A stretch of DNA of 56,246 bases, counting the filler, from Dirinaria sp. TL-2023a (lineage: Eukaryota), in NCBI GenBank assembly GCA_051941275.1. It is 2 parts of 2 records of this genome, joined end to end, with 100 filler letters (N's around TTAATTAATTAA, not from the genome) between each part and the next. Parts side by side here need not be neighbours in the genome. Positions count along the whole stretch, not along the records: positions 1 to 28,094 come from JAVEBF010000129.1; positions 28,195 to 56,246 come from JAVEBF010000130.1. The stretch is one strand, 5' to 3'. The position numbers were made by a program, and so were the translations under genes. The notes beneath the pieces are model-generated. The model was given only the letters and a program-made list of their open reading frames with translations, was not told the DNA's origin and ran no database searches. Below are positions 23,519 through 36,312 of this stretch, piece after piece. Each line of letters begins with the position of its first letter. Positions within the stretch are counted from its first letter, which is position 1.

Positions 23519-25592
23519 ATGGCTCCAAAGCAACAGAAGTCGTGGCAATCCGTTGCTGAAGAAGCTCAAAAATACCGGGATGCAACTCTTGATAAAGTTC
23601 AACTACCTGCGAAGGCTATCCATCAGCATACCCCAGATACTGCAATAGACTTTGTACGGTCAAGTCTATCGTCGCAGGAGGTTGATATCACTGAAAGCTC
23701 GGCCGAGAAGCTGCTGGAGCAACTGCGGAATGGCGTGTGGAGCGCGGTTTCTGTTACCAATGCCTTTCTCCGCCGGGCGAAACTGACTCAAAACCTGGTA
23801 TGTATTCTCCATCCTCAATCGTGTTGAGTTACCCGTCTAAAAAATTTCAAATGCTCTGTAAGCAGATATTTGTAATCTTTGGCACTCTGAGCATTTTTCA
23901 TTCATTGTTTTTGTGGTCAGACTCCTTCTCGGCTCTTTGCGGGTGCTGAAGGGGCATGAATCTATTTTTTCCCCCTTTCCCGGCATTGTTGTAGATGTTG
24001 AAGAAGATTCATGTTTTACACAGACAAATCAAACATCAGTCTCGAATTCTAACCTCTGCATCAGACAAATTGTGTAACCGAGCTGATCTCAGAAAGAGCG
24101 CTGGATCGTGCAGAATTTCTGGACAGTTACCTCAAGAAGCATGGAAAACCTATTGGCCCACTTCACGGACTTCCAATTAGTGTCAAGGAATCTATAGGTA
24201 TGGCGGGCCTTGGTCTCAACGCTGGCTACATCGCCTGGTGGGATAAGAAAACATCCGAAGACGCTCGTGTACTACAGATCCTGTATCGTGGGGGCGCGGT
24301 CTTCCATGCTCGAACCACGCAGCCTCAAACATTAATGCATCTTGAAACTGATAACAACCTCTTTGGGGTGACGGTCAGTCCTTTCAATACTAGACTCTCC
24401 GCGGGTGGGTCATCTGGAGGAGAGGGCGCCCTGGTGGGAGCTCGGGGAAGCTGTCTTGGCATCGGAACGGATGTCGGCGGTGAGCTTATACGTCGTGAAT
24501 CCGATATCATACTTTACTCATGAGTCCTAGGTAGCATCCGAAGCCCAGCCGCAAACAACGGCATCTACGGCCTCAAACCCACAGCCTTCCGCGTTCCGAC
24601 CGACGGCTGGTCCAGCATAGCACCAGGCGCCGACCCAATTCCTACCGTCATTGGACCCTTGAGCACCAGCCTTGAAGGCCTCAAGCTCTTTATGCAGACC
24701 ATTCTCTCAGCTCGACCATGGCTGCACGAGCCCGCATTACTCCCCATGCCCTGGAACACCACTTACCAAATCTCAGCCTCCCAGCCCATCAAGATCGGCA
24801 TCATCTGGCATGACGGTGTCGTGCAACCTCACCCGCCCATTACGCGTGCTCTCAAAACCGTGGCCTCGAAGCTAGCTTCGGTATCCAACGTCACTCTCGT
24901 GGACTGGGAACCCCACCTCCATGACGAAGCCTGGGCCATAATATCATCTCTCTACTTCCCCGACGGCGGCGCCGAAGAAGCCGCCACGCTGGCCGCTTCG
25001 GGCGAGCCTTGGCGTCCTTTGACGAAGTGGATCATCCATGAAAATCCCTGTGTCAAGAAGCTAAGCATGGAGGAGCTATGGTACTGGCTCGAAGAGCGCG
25101 AAGCCTACCGTAGCGAGTATGCCAAGGTGTGGAACGACACTGCGGACTCCGTGGACGAAGCCACAAGGGAGATGAGAAGGATGGTAGATGCGGTCTTGTG
25201 TCCTGTAGGGCCTGGCGTGGCGCCACGGCATAACACCGCGAAATATTGGGGGTATACCAGCCAGTGGAATTTACTGGATTATCCAGCAGTCAGCTTTCCG
25301 GTAACGAAGGTTGATAAGGAGCTGGATAAGGGCGAGAAGAGGGAAACCTTTTTGGGGGAAGCGGATCGAGAGAATTGGGATCTCTGTAAGACAAAAGCCT
25401 TTCCTTCCTTGAGCTTACAGAACATATACATCGGGGCATCAATGACTGACGAACGCAGGGGATCCAGATACCTTTGAGAAAATGCCCGTGTCTCTGCAAC
25501 TCGTGGGCCGAAGATTCGATGATGAGAAGATCCTTGCTATCCTGGAGTACATCTGTCAAGCCATTGGCTTGCCCTTCGTGGACTTCCCCTAA
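23519..25592 (+). CDS. Amidase signature family enzyme (acetamidase/FAAH-like)
   Basis: Four exons. Motifs are GPLHGLPISVKE (catalytic Lys), GGSSGGEG, GIGTDVGGSIRSPA (catalytic Ser), YTSQWNLLDYP and MPVSLQLVGRRFDDEK. The stop is at 25590-25592. Confidence 0.93.
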
Positions 25593-27294
25593 TAGAGACC
25601 ATGGATTTTTTTCGTGCTGGTTCAGGGATGTCTTCTTTCGAATGTGAGTTCATGATCTTTGAGATACAACAAATTCCCAGGGTTAGTATTCTCAAGCTTC
25701 AAGCCCTATTGTTGGTTTAGTTCAGTTTAGATACTCCCCTTAAAAAAGAAGAATATGCAAAAAACCTCACAATCCACCATGCGCTGCTTTATATTCAAGG
25801 CATATCTCCACTTATAGTCTATATTGTTACATTATTTGCGCCTCGCCGTTTTTAGAGACCCTTCCTTATCTCAACAAACTGAGCTAGGTAAGTCTCGTTC
25901 CCAGATCCACCATTAGTGGAGACATTTAGGTACCTTGACAACCTAATGACCATACACAGCCCCATCCCATCTTCCCCTGAAAAACCAAAATCGATATAAT
26001 ACCCCACATCTTATCACATATCCACCACCTCCCCCAATCCCGAACCCTATTTCTCCGCTTACCATCTCTATATTCCCGTTCCTAATAAAAGTCTTCTTCA
26101 ATTCGACGCAAACCAGATATCGACGCATAGTAAGGCAATCAATTAAACGCTCTGAGAAAACCCTTCCACCCCAAAGCTTGTGAAACAGATCCCTCCCCCT
26201 CTGAGCCGCATATACAGAAGAAGATTCTTAGAACTGGCGCTCAGAAAGAGGGGGGGGGAAAGGGAAAGGGATTTGGTGCCGGTGAGTTTTTATGGATTGT
26301 CTATGATGTTGGATGAATCCGGCTCTCGGTGACGCATTTGCGGAAAAAAAGAAATGAAGAAATAGAAGAGAGATGGCTTTGTATGTGTGCGCGGCGTTCG
26401 TGGATTTAACTAACTATTTGAAGGTATTTTTACTTCATTCCTGGATCGGGGGGGATGTGTTTCTCTTCGCTGGGACTTGGTAATGGGGTCTGTTGTATTT
26501 CAAACATGGTTTATCGATAGAGAGGGAAATTTGTGGGCCAATCATTTCTTTTTTTTTTTTTTTTTGTGAATTGAATTTGGGCCAGATAAAGTCCAATCGA
26601 CTTCCTTCTATCCCTTCCGAGGATGCTTTTCCGCCAAAAGTGTGGTGGACATGGAGTTAAAAATAAGTTCGCGAAGGGGGACTGCAGGAGCGAAAATATC
26701 CAGAGGAGTTTTCGGTGGATGTTAAATGACGTGGAAGGGTGGATGGATGGAATTGGTCCGTTTGGGGAGCGATTGTAGGAAATGGGTTGCTGTGATAGAT
26801 TGTGAAGAATTCAATTTGCTTCATAGGCTCAGAGACCTCGGTTCCTGTGTTTTTCGTTGAGAAAGATTGTTGAAATGTAGGAGGCATATTTCTTTGGATG
26901 TGTTCCACGTAGGTTTCGAATACACAGAAGAAGTACTCGTTGAGGCGTGTCATTCGGTCCCTTGATCTTAGAGATCGGTATTGTTGGTAAGTAGGCTCAA
27001 AATATCATCTGTGAAGGGATATTCGATGCAGAGTATGAGCGTTTGGTCATTGTACATAAGATTAAAATCCTAAACTCAAGACTGCAAGCTGACAGCTTAA
27101 GTGTTGTAACCTTGGTCTATTACTAGAGCAATGCTCGCCTTAACTTCAGACTGGGTATTCGAATGGGAGCTGGGTCGGGAATACCTGTATGCAGCCAGAA
27201 CTACTTGCGAAATTTGGTGCGTATATAGCATTTTGTTCATTCCGCACAATCTGAGATTAAAGCCCGAGCCTTCATTCGACCAACAGCTGAATTG

Positions 27295-28094
27295 TTAGCC
27301 ATCAGCTGCATAGGGACTCCGCCTTCTTAAGGCGGGGCCATAGTATTTCAAAAGAATGGTCGCCGGAATCCCAATGAATAGAGCAATGAATCCTAGTAGA
27401 CTATTGCCCCATCCAAAGCCCAGCTTCTCGTACCTGGCTTTTCTGGTCAGTGATAGATCGCTGGTGGTGACCTGATCTGGGCAACGAGAAGGTGATGTGT
27501 TCTGAAGCGAAGGTTGAGAAAAGTAGAAGGCAGAGCACTTACAGACTAGAGGCAGCTAGAGGAATTATCACGGCTACAACGCTTCTCAGGACAATAATCA
27601 CCGCCATGGCGCTCGCTACATATTTCTGATATGTGTCGATAATGTAGCCGATGACACAAAGCAATTCCAAAACTGTGCCAGCACCAAAAATAGCTGCACC
27701 TATATTACTGTACCATAGAGTCAGGAAAACAAGAATAGCTGCATAATGTTTTTGCAGCGATTTCTTCACGCTCTTTTTGGTTAGACAAAGACTTGGAGCT
27801 GCGGGAAGTAGGGGACATGAGTAGACAGAAACTTACGGCACAATCCAATGTATGCTGGATTTTGCACTCCATCCATACCAGAAAAGCCCCATCGGTACGA
27901 TCAAAGCTCCTAGAATAAGAACTGGGAGACGAAATTCAGGACTGCCCTGCCCACCGTTTTGATGGCTTAATTTGGTGAAATACGCATCAGCGAGACGTGT
28001 TCCGACCTGGGAGGCAACACCCATGCCGACGAATAACGATATATAGTTCAGGGATCCAATCGACACTGATTCCTTGTATGTGATTGTCCATACC
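27295..28094 (-). CDS. MFS transporter (DHA1-like), 3' part only, cut by the assembly gap
   Basis: Motifs GSLNYIS, PEFRLP, GLFWYGWS..IHWIVP, YIIDTY..ASAMA and YEKLGFGWGNSLLGF are present. The stop is at 27295-27297. Confidence 0.85.
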
Positions 28095-28194
28095 NNNNNN
28101 NNNNNNNNNNNNNNNNNNNNNNNNNNNNNNNNNNNNNNTTAATTAATTAANNNNNNNNNNNNNNNNNNNNNNNNNNNNNNNNNNNNNNNNNNNN
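28095..28194. other. Artificial scaffold linker N44-TTAATTAATTAA-N44 (stops in all six frames)
   Basis: Exactly 100 nt and symmetric, with a palindromic six-frame stop cassette between the N runs. Confidence 0.95.
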
Positions 28195-28500
28195 TTCCTA
28201 AACACTTTAGAATCATTTTTTAAAATTTTACTTCAATTCGATTTATCTCGTGTAAAATAAACATTCGAGTATATATTTCGATTTTTGATTGAACTCAATT
28301 CATTTGATTCTACGAAGTAGAGAAAAATAACTAAACAGATAACTAATATCAGTATTCGACGATAAATTCTATGTTCTCTCAAATGTGTGATTTTTGAAGT
28401 TCACGATTTTTTTAGATATAGAAACGTAAATTTTAAACGAGCTATCTGTGTCTCTACTACAGTATTTCGACACAACTGATAAAACGTCTCCGCTACAGAC
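28195..28500. repeat. AT-rich RIP-degraded repeat remnant at the contig end
   Basis: Very AT-rich and TCGA/TA-rich with no ORF, next to the gap. The family is not identifiable. Confidence 0.55.
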
Positions 28501-28902
28501 ATGATCAAATACGAGGATTCTCGTGCAGAAAATTACGTATATTATATTTCATCTCTGGAATGCTTTTATTCGTATTGTAAAAATACGGTCTCCATGCAAC
28601 GTGAATTAGTGATTGAGTGAGCTGCGAGATTCGGATTCGCATCCACACAAGCTGCGTTAGCTCCTGACCTGCAGATGCATCCGAGGAGGGAATACGATCT
28701 GCATGGATCGTAATGGACATCCTCGGAGCTCTCATGATACGTACTCGTGGGTCTAATGGAAAGCAATGACGTGATATGTCGGGCGAGTCTCCGTCGTGAT
28801 AGATCTCCATGGTAGTGTGGTATATAGTCCCCACGTCCCATCTCTTCTTCAAGTCTCCACACTCATATCTTACTTCTTTAAACAAAATTTACTTTCTTCA
28901 AC

Positions 28903-29931
28903 ATGGTACACGACGTGATTGACATGCACTCTCACTTCCTCCCCCCTGAATATGCCTTGGCCCTGGTGGAACATGGCATCCTGATGCCGGACGGCATGGC
29001 CGGCATCCCCGGATGGGACGTAGAGTCGCATCTGGCTTACATGGACACTGTCGGCGTCAAGAAGTCAATTCTCAGCCTCTCCTCACCAGGCACTCACCTC
29101 ACATTGGATATTACCCATACCAAGGCGCTAACGAGGGAGTCGAATGAATATGCAGCGAATCTGAAACGGGAACACCCTGACCGCTTTGGCTTCTTCGCTT
29201 CGCTGCCTCTGCCAGATATCGACGGTGCGATGGCCGAAATCAAGTATGCCCTAGACAACCTCAACCCCGATGGCTTCATTATCGAGTCAAATGCTCACGG
29301 TCACTACCTTGGGGACCCAAAGCTGCGCCGCGTCTTGGGGGCGCTCAACCGCCGCGGCGCGCTTGTTTTCATACATCCAACTTCCCCATGCCAGCTCTCC
29401 CCTCACCCTCCAGAGGATCAGACTTATGCGGAGAGGTATGCGGTTTCCTCGCCCCTGGCGCCTTACTACAGCGCGCCGATGTTCGAATTCTTCTTTGACA
29501 GCGCTCGCACCGCCATCGACCTCCTTGCCACGGGAACTGTTCTCCGCTTCGCGGACATCCGCTGGATCTTCACCCACTCTGGCTCCGTACTGCCTTTACT
29601 CATCGAGCGGATGTTCTTGTTCATGAAGCTACCGCATTTCGTCGGGACAGGACGAGACCCTCTTCCAATTACTGAGGAACAGGTCCTCAAGGCGTTTAAG
29701 GAGAAGTTCTGGTTTGACTTGGCAGGAGTACCGGTTCCGAGCTTGATTGATGCGTTGTTGAAGTTTACCGAGCCGGACAGGTTGTTGTTTGGCACTGATG
29801 TGCCTTGGACGCCTTGGGACCTCGCGAAGACTCTGCTTGTAGATCAAGAGGAGGGTCTGATTAAAGCTGTGGGAGAGGAAAACATGGATCTTATCAGTCA
29901 TAAGACGGCGGAAAAGCTTTTGTCACAGTAA
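28903..29931 (+). CDS. Amidohydrolase-2 family aromatic-acid decarboxylase (6-methylsalicylate/orsellinate decarboxylase-like)
   Basis: Intronless 342-aa ORF. Motifs are IDMHSH (HxH), SILSLSSPG, RFGFFASLPLP, VFIHPT, IFTHSG and RLLFGTDVPW. The substrate is inferred. Confidence 0.85.
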   Translation: MVHDVIDMHSHFLPPEYALALVEHGILMPDGMAGIPGWDVESHLAYMDTVGVKKSILSLSSPGTHLTLDITHTKALTRESNEYAANLKREHPDRFGFFASLPLPDIDGAMAEIKYALDNLNPDGFIIESNAHGHYLGDPKLRRVLGALNRRGALVFIHPTSPCQLSPHPPEDQTYAERYAVSSPLAPYYSAPMFEFFFDSARTAIDLLATGTVLRFADIRWIFTHSGSVLPLLIERMFLFMKLPHFVGTGRDPLPITEEQVLKAFKEKFWFDLAGVPVPSLIDALLKFTEPDRLLFGTDVPWTPWDLAKTLLVDQEEGLIKAVGEENMDLISHKTAEKLLSQ

Positions 29932-32131
29932 GGTAGCCAAATGGTCACTCAGACGACCTCCTGGTCGATGGAATTTTAAGCGTCTCTCTACAACTCGATT
30001 GTAGCCCAGTAAAGCGGTTTTTGTCTATCAGGTTAACGGCGAACGAGGCAATCTCTTCTGTTCTTTCGTTTCAACGCTAGAAACCACATACTCTGAAAAA
30101 GTCTTTTTTTAAACAAGTTGGCACAAAGTAAGGATTCTAGCTTATACAGGTACTTTTCATGCCAGCGGAGGCATGCGGTCATCACTACCGGCAGTCAATA
30201 CAACTCGGCTAGTTCTCTCGGTTTGCTTAAGCATGTAGAGGTTGGTCTTACCAGCGGCGTAAATCCGTAGAAAGCTTCTCAATAAAAGAAGAACCTTCGA
30301 TGAAGGCCTAGGAAAACACATCAAAAGTCAGAATTCTATCGATCCAATGGAGAGTAGCTAAGAACCCCACGGTAAGTGAACCCAGTACATAGGATCATCC
30401 CAGCATCATCTAAACGATCGAAAGACTTGTTCGGCTCCAGCAACGATCTTCCTCGCATGCGTGCATATCCCTTTTCGTAGGCTGCAGCTACGATCGCACC
30501 TATCACGTGTCGCACGCGTGTATTCTGATTGACTTTACAAACGCAAAGAAGAGGACTCGCCATCGTCTCTTAAATCATATCATACGATATAAAAGTTTCT
30601 TAGTCCAGTCGAGATCTTTTATCTGGTAGGAGGTTCTCGAGGAGAGAAACGGCCGATAGCCTGATTATGCACTATCAGCGTTATTGCGAAATCGGAGACT
30701 AAAAATTGGAATCGGTCCGTCGGATATGATAACCCTTCTCTGCGTAGTTGTACCGTCGTCTTGTTGTCACGAACAGCAGCGAGGACTCGCAGCTGCAAAG
30801 TCAGTTCGAAGCTCTTTAGAGTTGAGTGTTCGGTCACGCCCCGATGAGGCATGGCTTGTCTGATGCCAAATTAAAAGTGAATTTGAGGCAGATTTCCGGC
30901 TTCTTGATACGGAAACGAGGAAGCAAAAGCGACAGGATCAACGATAGAAGCATTCCAAGAACCTTCAAACTTCGTGATATGGGGCCCTGGCCCCATAGCA
31001 TTGTCATCGCATGCATAGCCACCGCATGCATAATGGAGTAATTCGTGTCGATCGACTGTTCGCTACTGCATACAACCTCCCGCCCCGAGTTACGAATTTA
31101 CAAGTCTATCAATAAAGCTTGAGTAGCATCTACAGTGTACACTTACATTTGATCAAGTCAGGTCATGAGCCAAGAAAGCCTTTATTGGAAGATAATCCGG
31201 AAAAGAAAATTTTCTAGTCACGAGCAGAGGTTGCTGCGTAGCTGGTAGTGGTATCTATTGACGAAGATTCTTGATGATCAAATTCTCGCCAAGCAGATGC
31301 AGATCTATTTGTTCGAGTTACACAGCATTATCGTACTGCGTGTAGAGATCTTGACGATGCGCGCGATCGAAACCATGTAGGTTCCCCGCTCAAGAAAACC
31401 AATTACCTTGCAGAGTGTGATCGTTCTACATTTTCGAAAATATGGGGCCGATAAGGATGATCTGCACATGGGATTGTGTTTTTCGTCAACCGGTTACTCT
31501 TGTCGATGCATCTGAACGAAGTTGGTTTTACGGATGTCCTTCGAGGAATAATTCCATGAAGCAGAGAATTTTCGATAATGAAAATAAGTGGGTGTACCAT
31601 TCAACAAAAAAGCTGCGCATTCCTTCATCTGCTGCGACTTATTTCTCGTGAACTCATCATACGTGATAAAAAGATCTTTTGCTGGGTCTCTGAGCCTCTC
31701 GTACTAGTGTAGATGTTGAACCGTGGGTGATCATAATCGTGACTTTCATCCCTCAAATAGTTATTTTCCTATCTCAGATAGTTACACGTAGCATGAATGC
31801 AACGCATTGATCAGATGCCTCATCTGCTGCTTCGACAGCGAAGCTGGTAGCTCACAGCACGTACAGTGCAATTAGTCAAGGCTCAGAAATCTGAGACCAG
31901 TGATTCTCGTTCGTTTGGGCGTGCAATAACCAATGACTTTCATCCACCCAAGCTGGAAATATCAGACTAAATCGAGTTTTGCAGTTAAATTTTCAACACC
32001 GTGTTCCAACAATGTGTCGCCCACTAGAAGGACTTATTACATGGTTCCAAAGCGGAGGGGCCTCGCTTTGAAAGCTCGACTTACGATGATTAGCGTGGTA
32101 AAGTCTGACAAGCCAATTCATGTTGGAAGCG

Positions 32132-33279
32132 TTATACGAGTATTAATGTTCCGTTCGAAACGCTCGAAGAGAGAACCGAACTATTGCTAATCAAATCAAT
32201 TCCTGGCAGCAGAGCGTCCGAGAAGGCCAAAGCACCTGAGCCTGCCGGATAGATTCTATCGCCCACCACCTTCGCCAAGTCGACAGCACACTCCACATCA
32301 TCTAGCTGTCTAAGATTGGCCCTCAAGCCCGTAATCATATCGCACATCATACCATAGGTAACTTGATACTTGGTCTCCCGCGGGGATCTGTGGGACCATG
32401 CTGCAACTTTCAATCCTTGGAGAGTATGTTGATACTCCTCGGATAAAGCGGTATCTTCGCCGTAATGCAAAATTTGATGTCTCACATCTGAATAAGCGTC
32501 AGTGAGGATAGCACTGATCGATGCTACCGACATCTGCCTCCTTCGACCATATTGCTGTATTGTCATGGCGGTGTCACGGATCTGGGCCTTGACCTGGGAA
32601 ACGCCCAGGGTGCTGTTTGTTGTCTTCTGAGAATTCAAACTTGTTCCATTGGACAAGGCCGAGTTCTCCACAAAACCGATAAGACCATTGCCCGCTTCCC
32701 TTGGCAGGCCCCCGATCACAGGCTCAAGAGCCACGCTACATTCTCGATCATTCAAGCGCATCAGATTTCTCTCCAGTCCAGTAATCATGTCAAACAGTGT
32801 ATCATAAGTCACTTTGTAATGCGTCTCTGAGACGTACTGCCAAGCTTCGATACGAAGTTCATCACGAACAAAATTGTAAGCCTCCACGAGCGGAGTATCA
32901 CCGCCGTGCTGAGCGATCAAGTTCAGAACATCTGCATTGGCACTCTCAAGGATCTGCGATACTGCTGCGTAGGGCATTTGTCTGGCATCATCTTCTACTC
33001 CGATCTCCAAGTGTGTGTTGCGGATGGTCGTGTGTATGGAGATTGAATTTGTGGAGCTATGTAAAACCTTAATTAACATGATCATATAAAAAACTAGCAA
33101 CGCTGACTTATAGGAGAGAAGATTTTTCAATAAACGTACCTTACTCCTGTTGAGGTGATCCCAGATGGTTGCGAAAGAGCGATTCCACTAGAAGGCGGTT
33201 GAAGGGGAGTCGAGATTGACCAATCGAAGAATATCAATAGCCCAAGCAGAGTTGAGGACAACACTTCACGAGGCTTCAT
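32132..33279 (-). CDS. Secreted protein with two tandem copies of an unknown domain of about 125 aa
   Basis: Exon 1 starts at ATG 33279 with a signal peptide (MKPREVLSSTLLGLLIFFDWSIS), followed by an intron ending at 33057 and exon 2 from 33056 to 32132. The internal repeat is IRxT..RQM..AW..ETxYxVTY..DMITGL..EC..AGxG. Confidence 0.8.
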
Positions 33280-34169
33280 GTCAGGACAGGCTGATCAAAG
33301 TTGATGTAATGGCTCCAAGAAAATTTGGCTTAATCCTTTTATAAAGTTCCTGGGAAGTGCTATCGGCATCTCAGTCGACCCCTCGTCGCAAGCGCAAATC
33401 GCGCGCTCATAGGTTATAAATTATACCGCTTTTGAAGCGACTAGAGAGGCGCCGATTATGCGCTCCGTTTTGTACCGTGTTTCTGCGCTTGGGTGGACTC
33501 TTGACGGCATCCTGGTTTCCTCCCATAATGACAAAACAGAATTTTCCATCGCCTAATGAGAAAGATCTTCAATTTAAGTTTCTATCGATTAACTAAATCA
33601 TACTGGTCTTTGACTAACTTTCAGCCAGTGAGCGAACACATTGGCTAAGGGTTAACTCGGTGGACCACCTATCCGTAATGTGGAAAAGCTGTTCCAGGAC
33701 TCACTGACTACTCTGTAAATCCGTAGCATTACATAGACTCGAGATTCATAGACTGATGGTACTGTTTGGAAAACTGATTTCAATTTGGGTGAATCAGTGT
33801 TTCTGACTGTAGCCATAGCGCTTCGGACTCCAAAGTTGAAACATAGTTAAGCCCTTAATTCGATCCCGAGTGCTCGACATGGTCGTGAAAACGGCTGTTC
33901 AGTATTGAACCATAGAAGCGACTCAAGCCGCTAAGACTTGAGAATTTGCTGTAGGTGTATTCGGGACAATCACCTGGGGCTGGAGAAAAATCGAAAAGGA
34001 AATTTATATTGTTGCAGAATGGAGGGGTATTCTGAAAGGGCAATGGTGGGCCTGGGAAGGCAGACAGGTCGTGCTGGAGCAAAGATCGAAACTTCCAAGT
34101 GAACCGTGCTCAATAATGCGTGACTAGATGGTAGAAAGGAGGATGAGAATGAATATGGGGGCAAGTATT

Positions 34170-34922
34170 TTAGGATAGACATGTTCCACAAGCTGGTAAC
34201 GTCATATTACTCCGATGAAGCACCACGAATGCAAAGCTTGCACTTCCGACTGTCAGATGCAAGACTGCGAACGAAGACCCTTTCTGCGCATAGCGATAGA
34301 AACCGTCCTGTTGAACTTCCTGATCAAGCACGAAGCTGAAAATGTCGACCAAGGATAGTTCCTTCCCACTGTCAATGGCGCAGGCGACCTATTTCCAGGG
34401 AAGTGTAAGGGCGGGATCGGAAACGGTTGGGACGAATTGGATTGCTTTTGCGAAGGAGGAATTGACAAGGTATGTCAGAACAGAGACATGGGAGCTGTTG
34501 ATGACGAGAGCATTAAAGAGAATAGAGTAGATCTTCTGTTGCTGTAGTCGCTCGATTAGAAGCAAGATCACTTAAGCGTTAAGGTGGCTTACTGCAAAAA
34601 GCACCTCGAATGCTTGCCTGACGGAGCGATCTCCGGGCTCTGTAGTGCTGGCACGCTATTTGCTGTTCTCTTGAGCTCAGTCAACAAGACGACCTCGAAA
34701 AGCTCATTGTCGAACCATGCTGACGCCAATAATTGGCTTCAGGCTTGTCGCAATTGCACTACTGAGCAGCTGAACTATAGCAGCGTGCTCTAGAGGTCTC
34801 TCGGCCTGTGTGGCTGGGCTGAAACTGGGAAAGCCATCTGATGAAGGAAATTGGAAGGGAGCGGCGGTGGCCCCGGCTACAGTGGCCGTGGCTATGAGAG
34901 AAAGGATTGGAAAGAAGGGCAC
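34170..34922 (-). pseudogene. Decayed ferritin-like (LsdA/Rds1-type 'late sexual development') secreted protein
   Basis: A signal peptide with GTG in place of ATG is followed by APFQFPSSDGFP. Fragments NELFEVVLLTEL, AIQFVPTVSD and DQEVQQDGFYRYAQ..LTV..FAF lie in different frames with stops. Confidence 0.55.
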
Positions 34923-35261
34923 AGTGTGAAGATAGTCGGTTGCTAGAGCCGGGTTGGCGTGGCTCGTATCAGATCAATAGATAGACGGAATAAGAATGAA
35001 GAGGTAAATGCAGTAAAGTCGAGCGAGTAGTGTCGCGAGTGTCTCGAGTCTGAGGAGTCAATCAACTGACGTCACTCTTTGAGGTGGTGCTACTTTTCTC
35101 CGAACGTGAAAAAAAGCCTTCCCTATCACTAATGTACTATCAGTCCATCTCTTCCTCGGCCGCACTTTTTCCGATCAATTGCATCAATTAATTCTTTTCT
35201 CTTCCCGCCACCATCTTTTCATAGGCGTAGTCAATTCCGTAGTTCATCGCTGGTGGTGCCG

Positions 35262-36312
35262 CTATGATGCTTACGAGGGTAGGTCCTTTCGAAAGGACGC
35301 GGATTGCCGCTGCTTCAACGCGTGTTCTCAGGATTACCCTCATCGCCCTCGAAGCAAGCTACACAGAACGGTTTGTCGCCTATGCGTTTAATGGCTTCGA
35401 GAGAATCGATCCGCTGGACGGGCACTTCTCGACCGCAACCGCGCTGGGAGGAGATATTCGCTTTCTGAGCCGCCCCGGGAGTACAACTTTGGGGTAGATA
35501 TATACAGACGCTGCAATAGAAGACAGCGAATGGCGGAGAAGCAAAGAGATGTTGCCATTCTACTTTGCTTGAAGAAGTTCCCTGGGAATGGACGCCAGAG
35601 ATAATCGAGCTTGACGAAGATTATCAGACTCTCGAGATTGGAGCCAAACTTGCCCGTGAAAATTATTTCGAGCGAGCGCGAGGGATTGAGCGGGAGATTG
35701 AGTCAAGCAGAAATTTCTGCAAGCAATTTCGCCTGCACGAAAGAGAGTGCGATGCCAAAAGACCCTGCGCACAGTGTAGAAAGGAGGATATGGAATTGAT
35801 TTTCATCAACATGCCTAAAGGCGAAGCGGAGAAGCAGCTGCAGCCCGGCGACAGCAGACCATCGTGGATGTTCGAACTTACCAGAGCAGAGCGTTCAGCT
35901 CTCATTGAGCTAGCGATGAAGTGGTCGCATGATGTTTCGCGGAGTTGGAGGACAGAATCGAGTTCTCTGTCAAATTGTCAAATATCCAAATACGTTTGAG
36001 ATGTTAGAGGAGCGGATCGGACATTTGAATGCCGTCGATGTGGCAAAGATGGAATAATGTTGCGTTTCAGGTCGTATCGTGGACCACATTACTTGGAGGC
36101 ACATGCCGATAGCCGAACTCAGAGAGACACCAGTATGCTACAACCTGTCTATCATGGTTGATAGTAATTACTTTGATCAGCATCATTTTACGAGCGCCTA
36201 TCAACCACTGCAATGGCGTCTCCACGAAATCAGCAAAGGCATTGACAGAGTGAGAGGCTGGAAGTTGATCAAGAGTGAACAAGGTCGTTGGACGACGATA
36301 GCAGCGAAGTGA
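35262..36312 (+). pseudogene. Degraded hypothetical gene with a Zn2Cys6-like remnant
   Basis: CKQFRLHERECDAKRPCAQCRKED resembles CxxCR..K.KCD..RPC..C with the second and sixth Cys lost. The frames are broken upstream of 35565. Confidence 0.35.

Noticed and set aside
25740..26700. Homopolymer and purine/pyrimidine-skewed tracts
   Set aside because: Ordinary low-complexity intergenic DNA between convergent genes, with no repeat unit or array.
23519..29931. Amidase + MFS + decarboxylase as one metabolic cluster
   Set aside because: The group spans the artificial linker and no backbone enzyme is visible.
30336..31031. Chain of short minus-strand ORFs that might be a decayed secreted gene
   Set aside because: No family could be recognised and the frames could not be joined with confidence.
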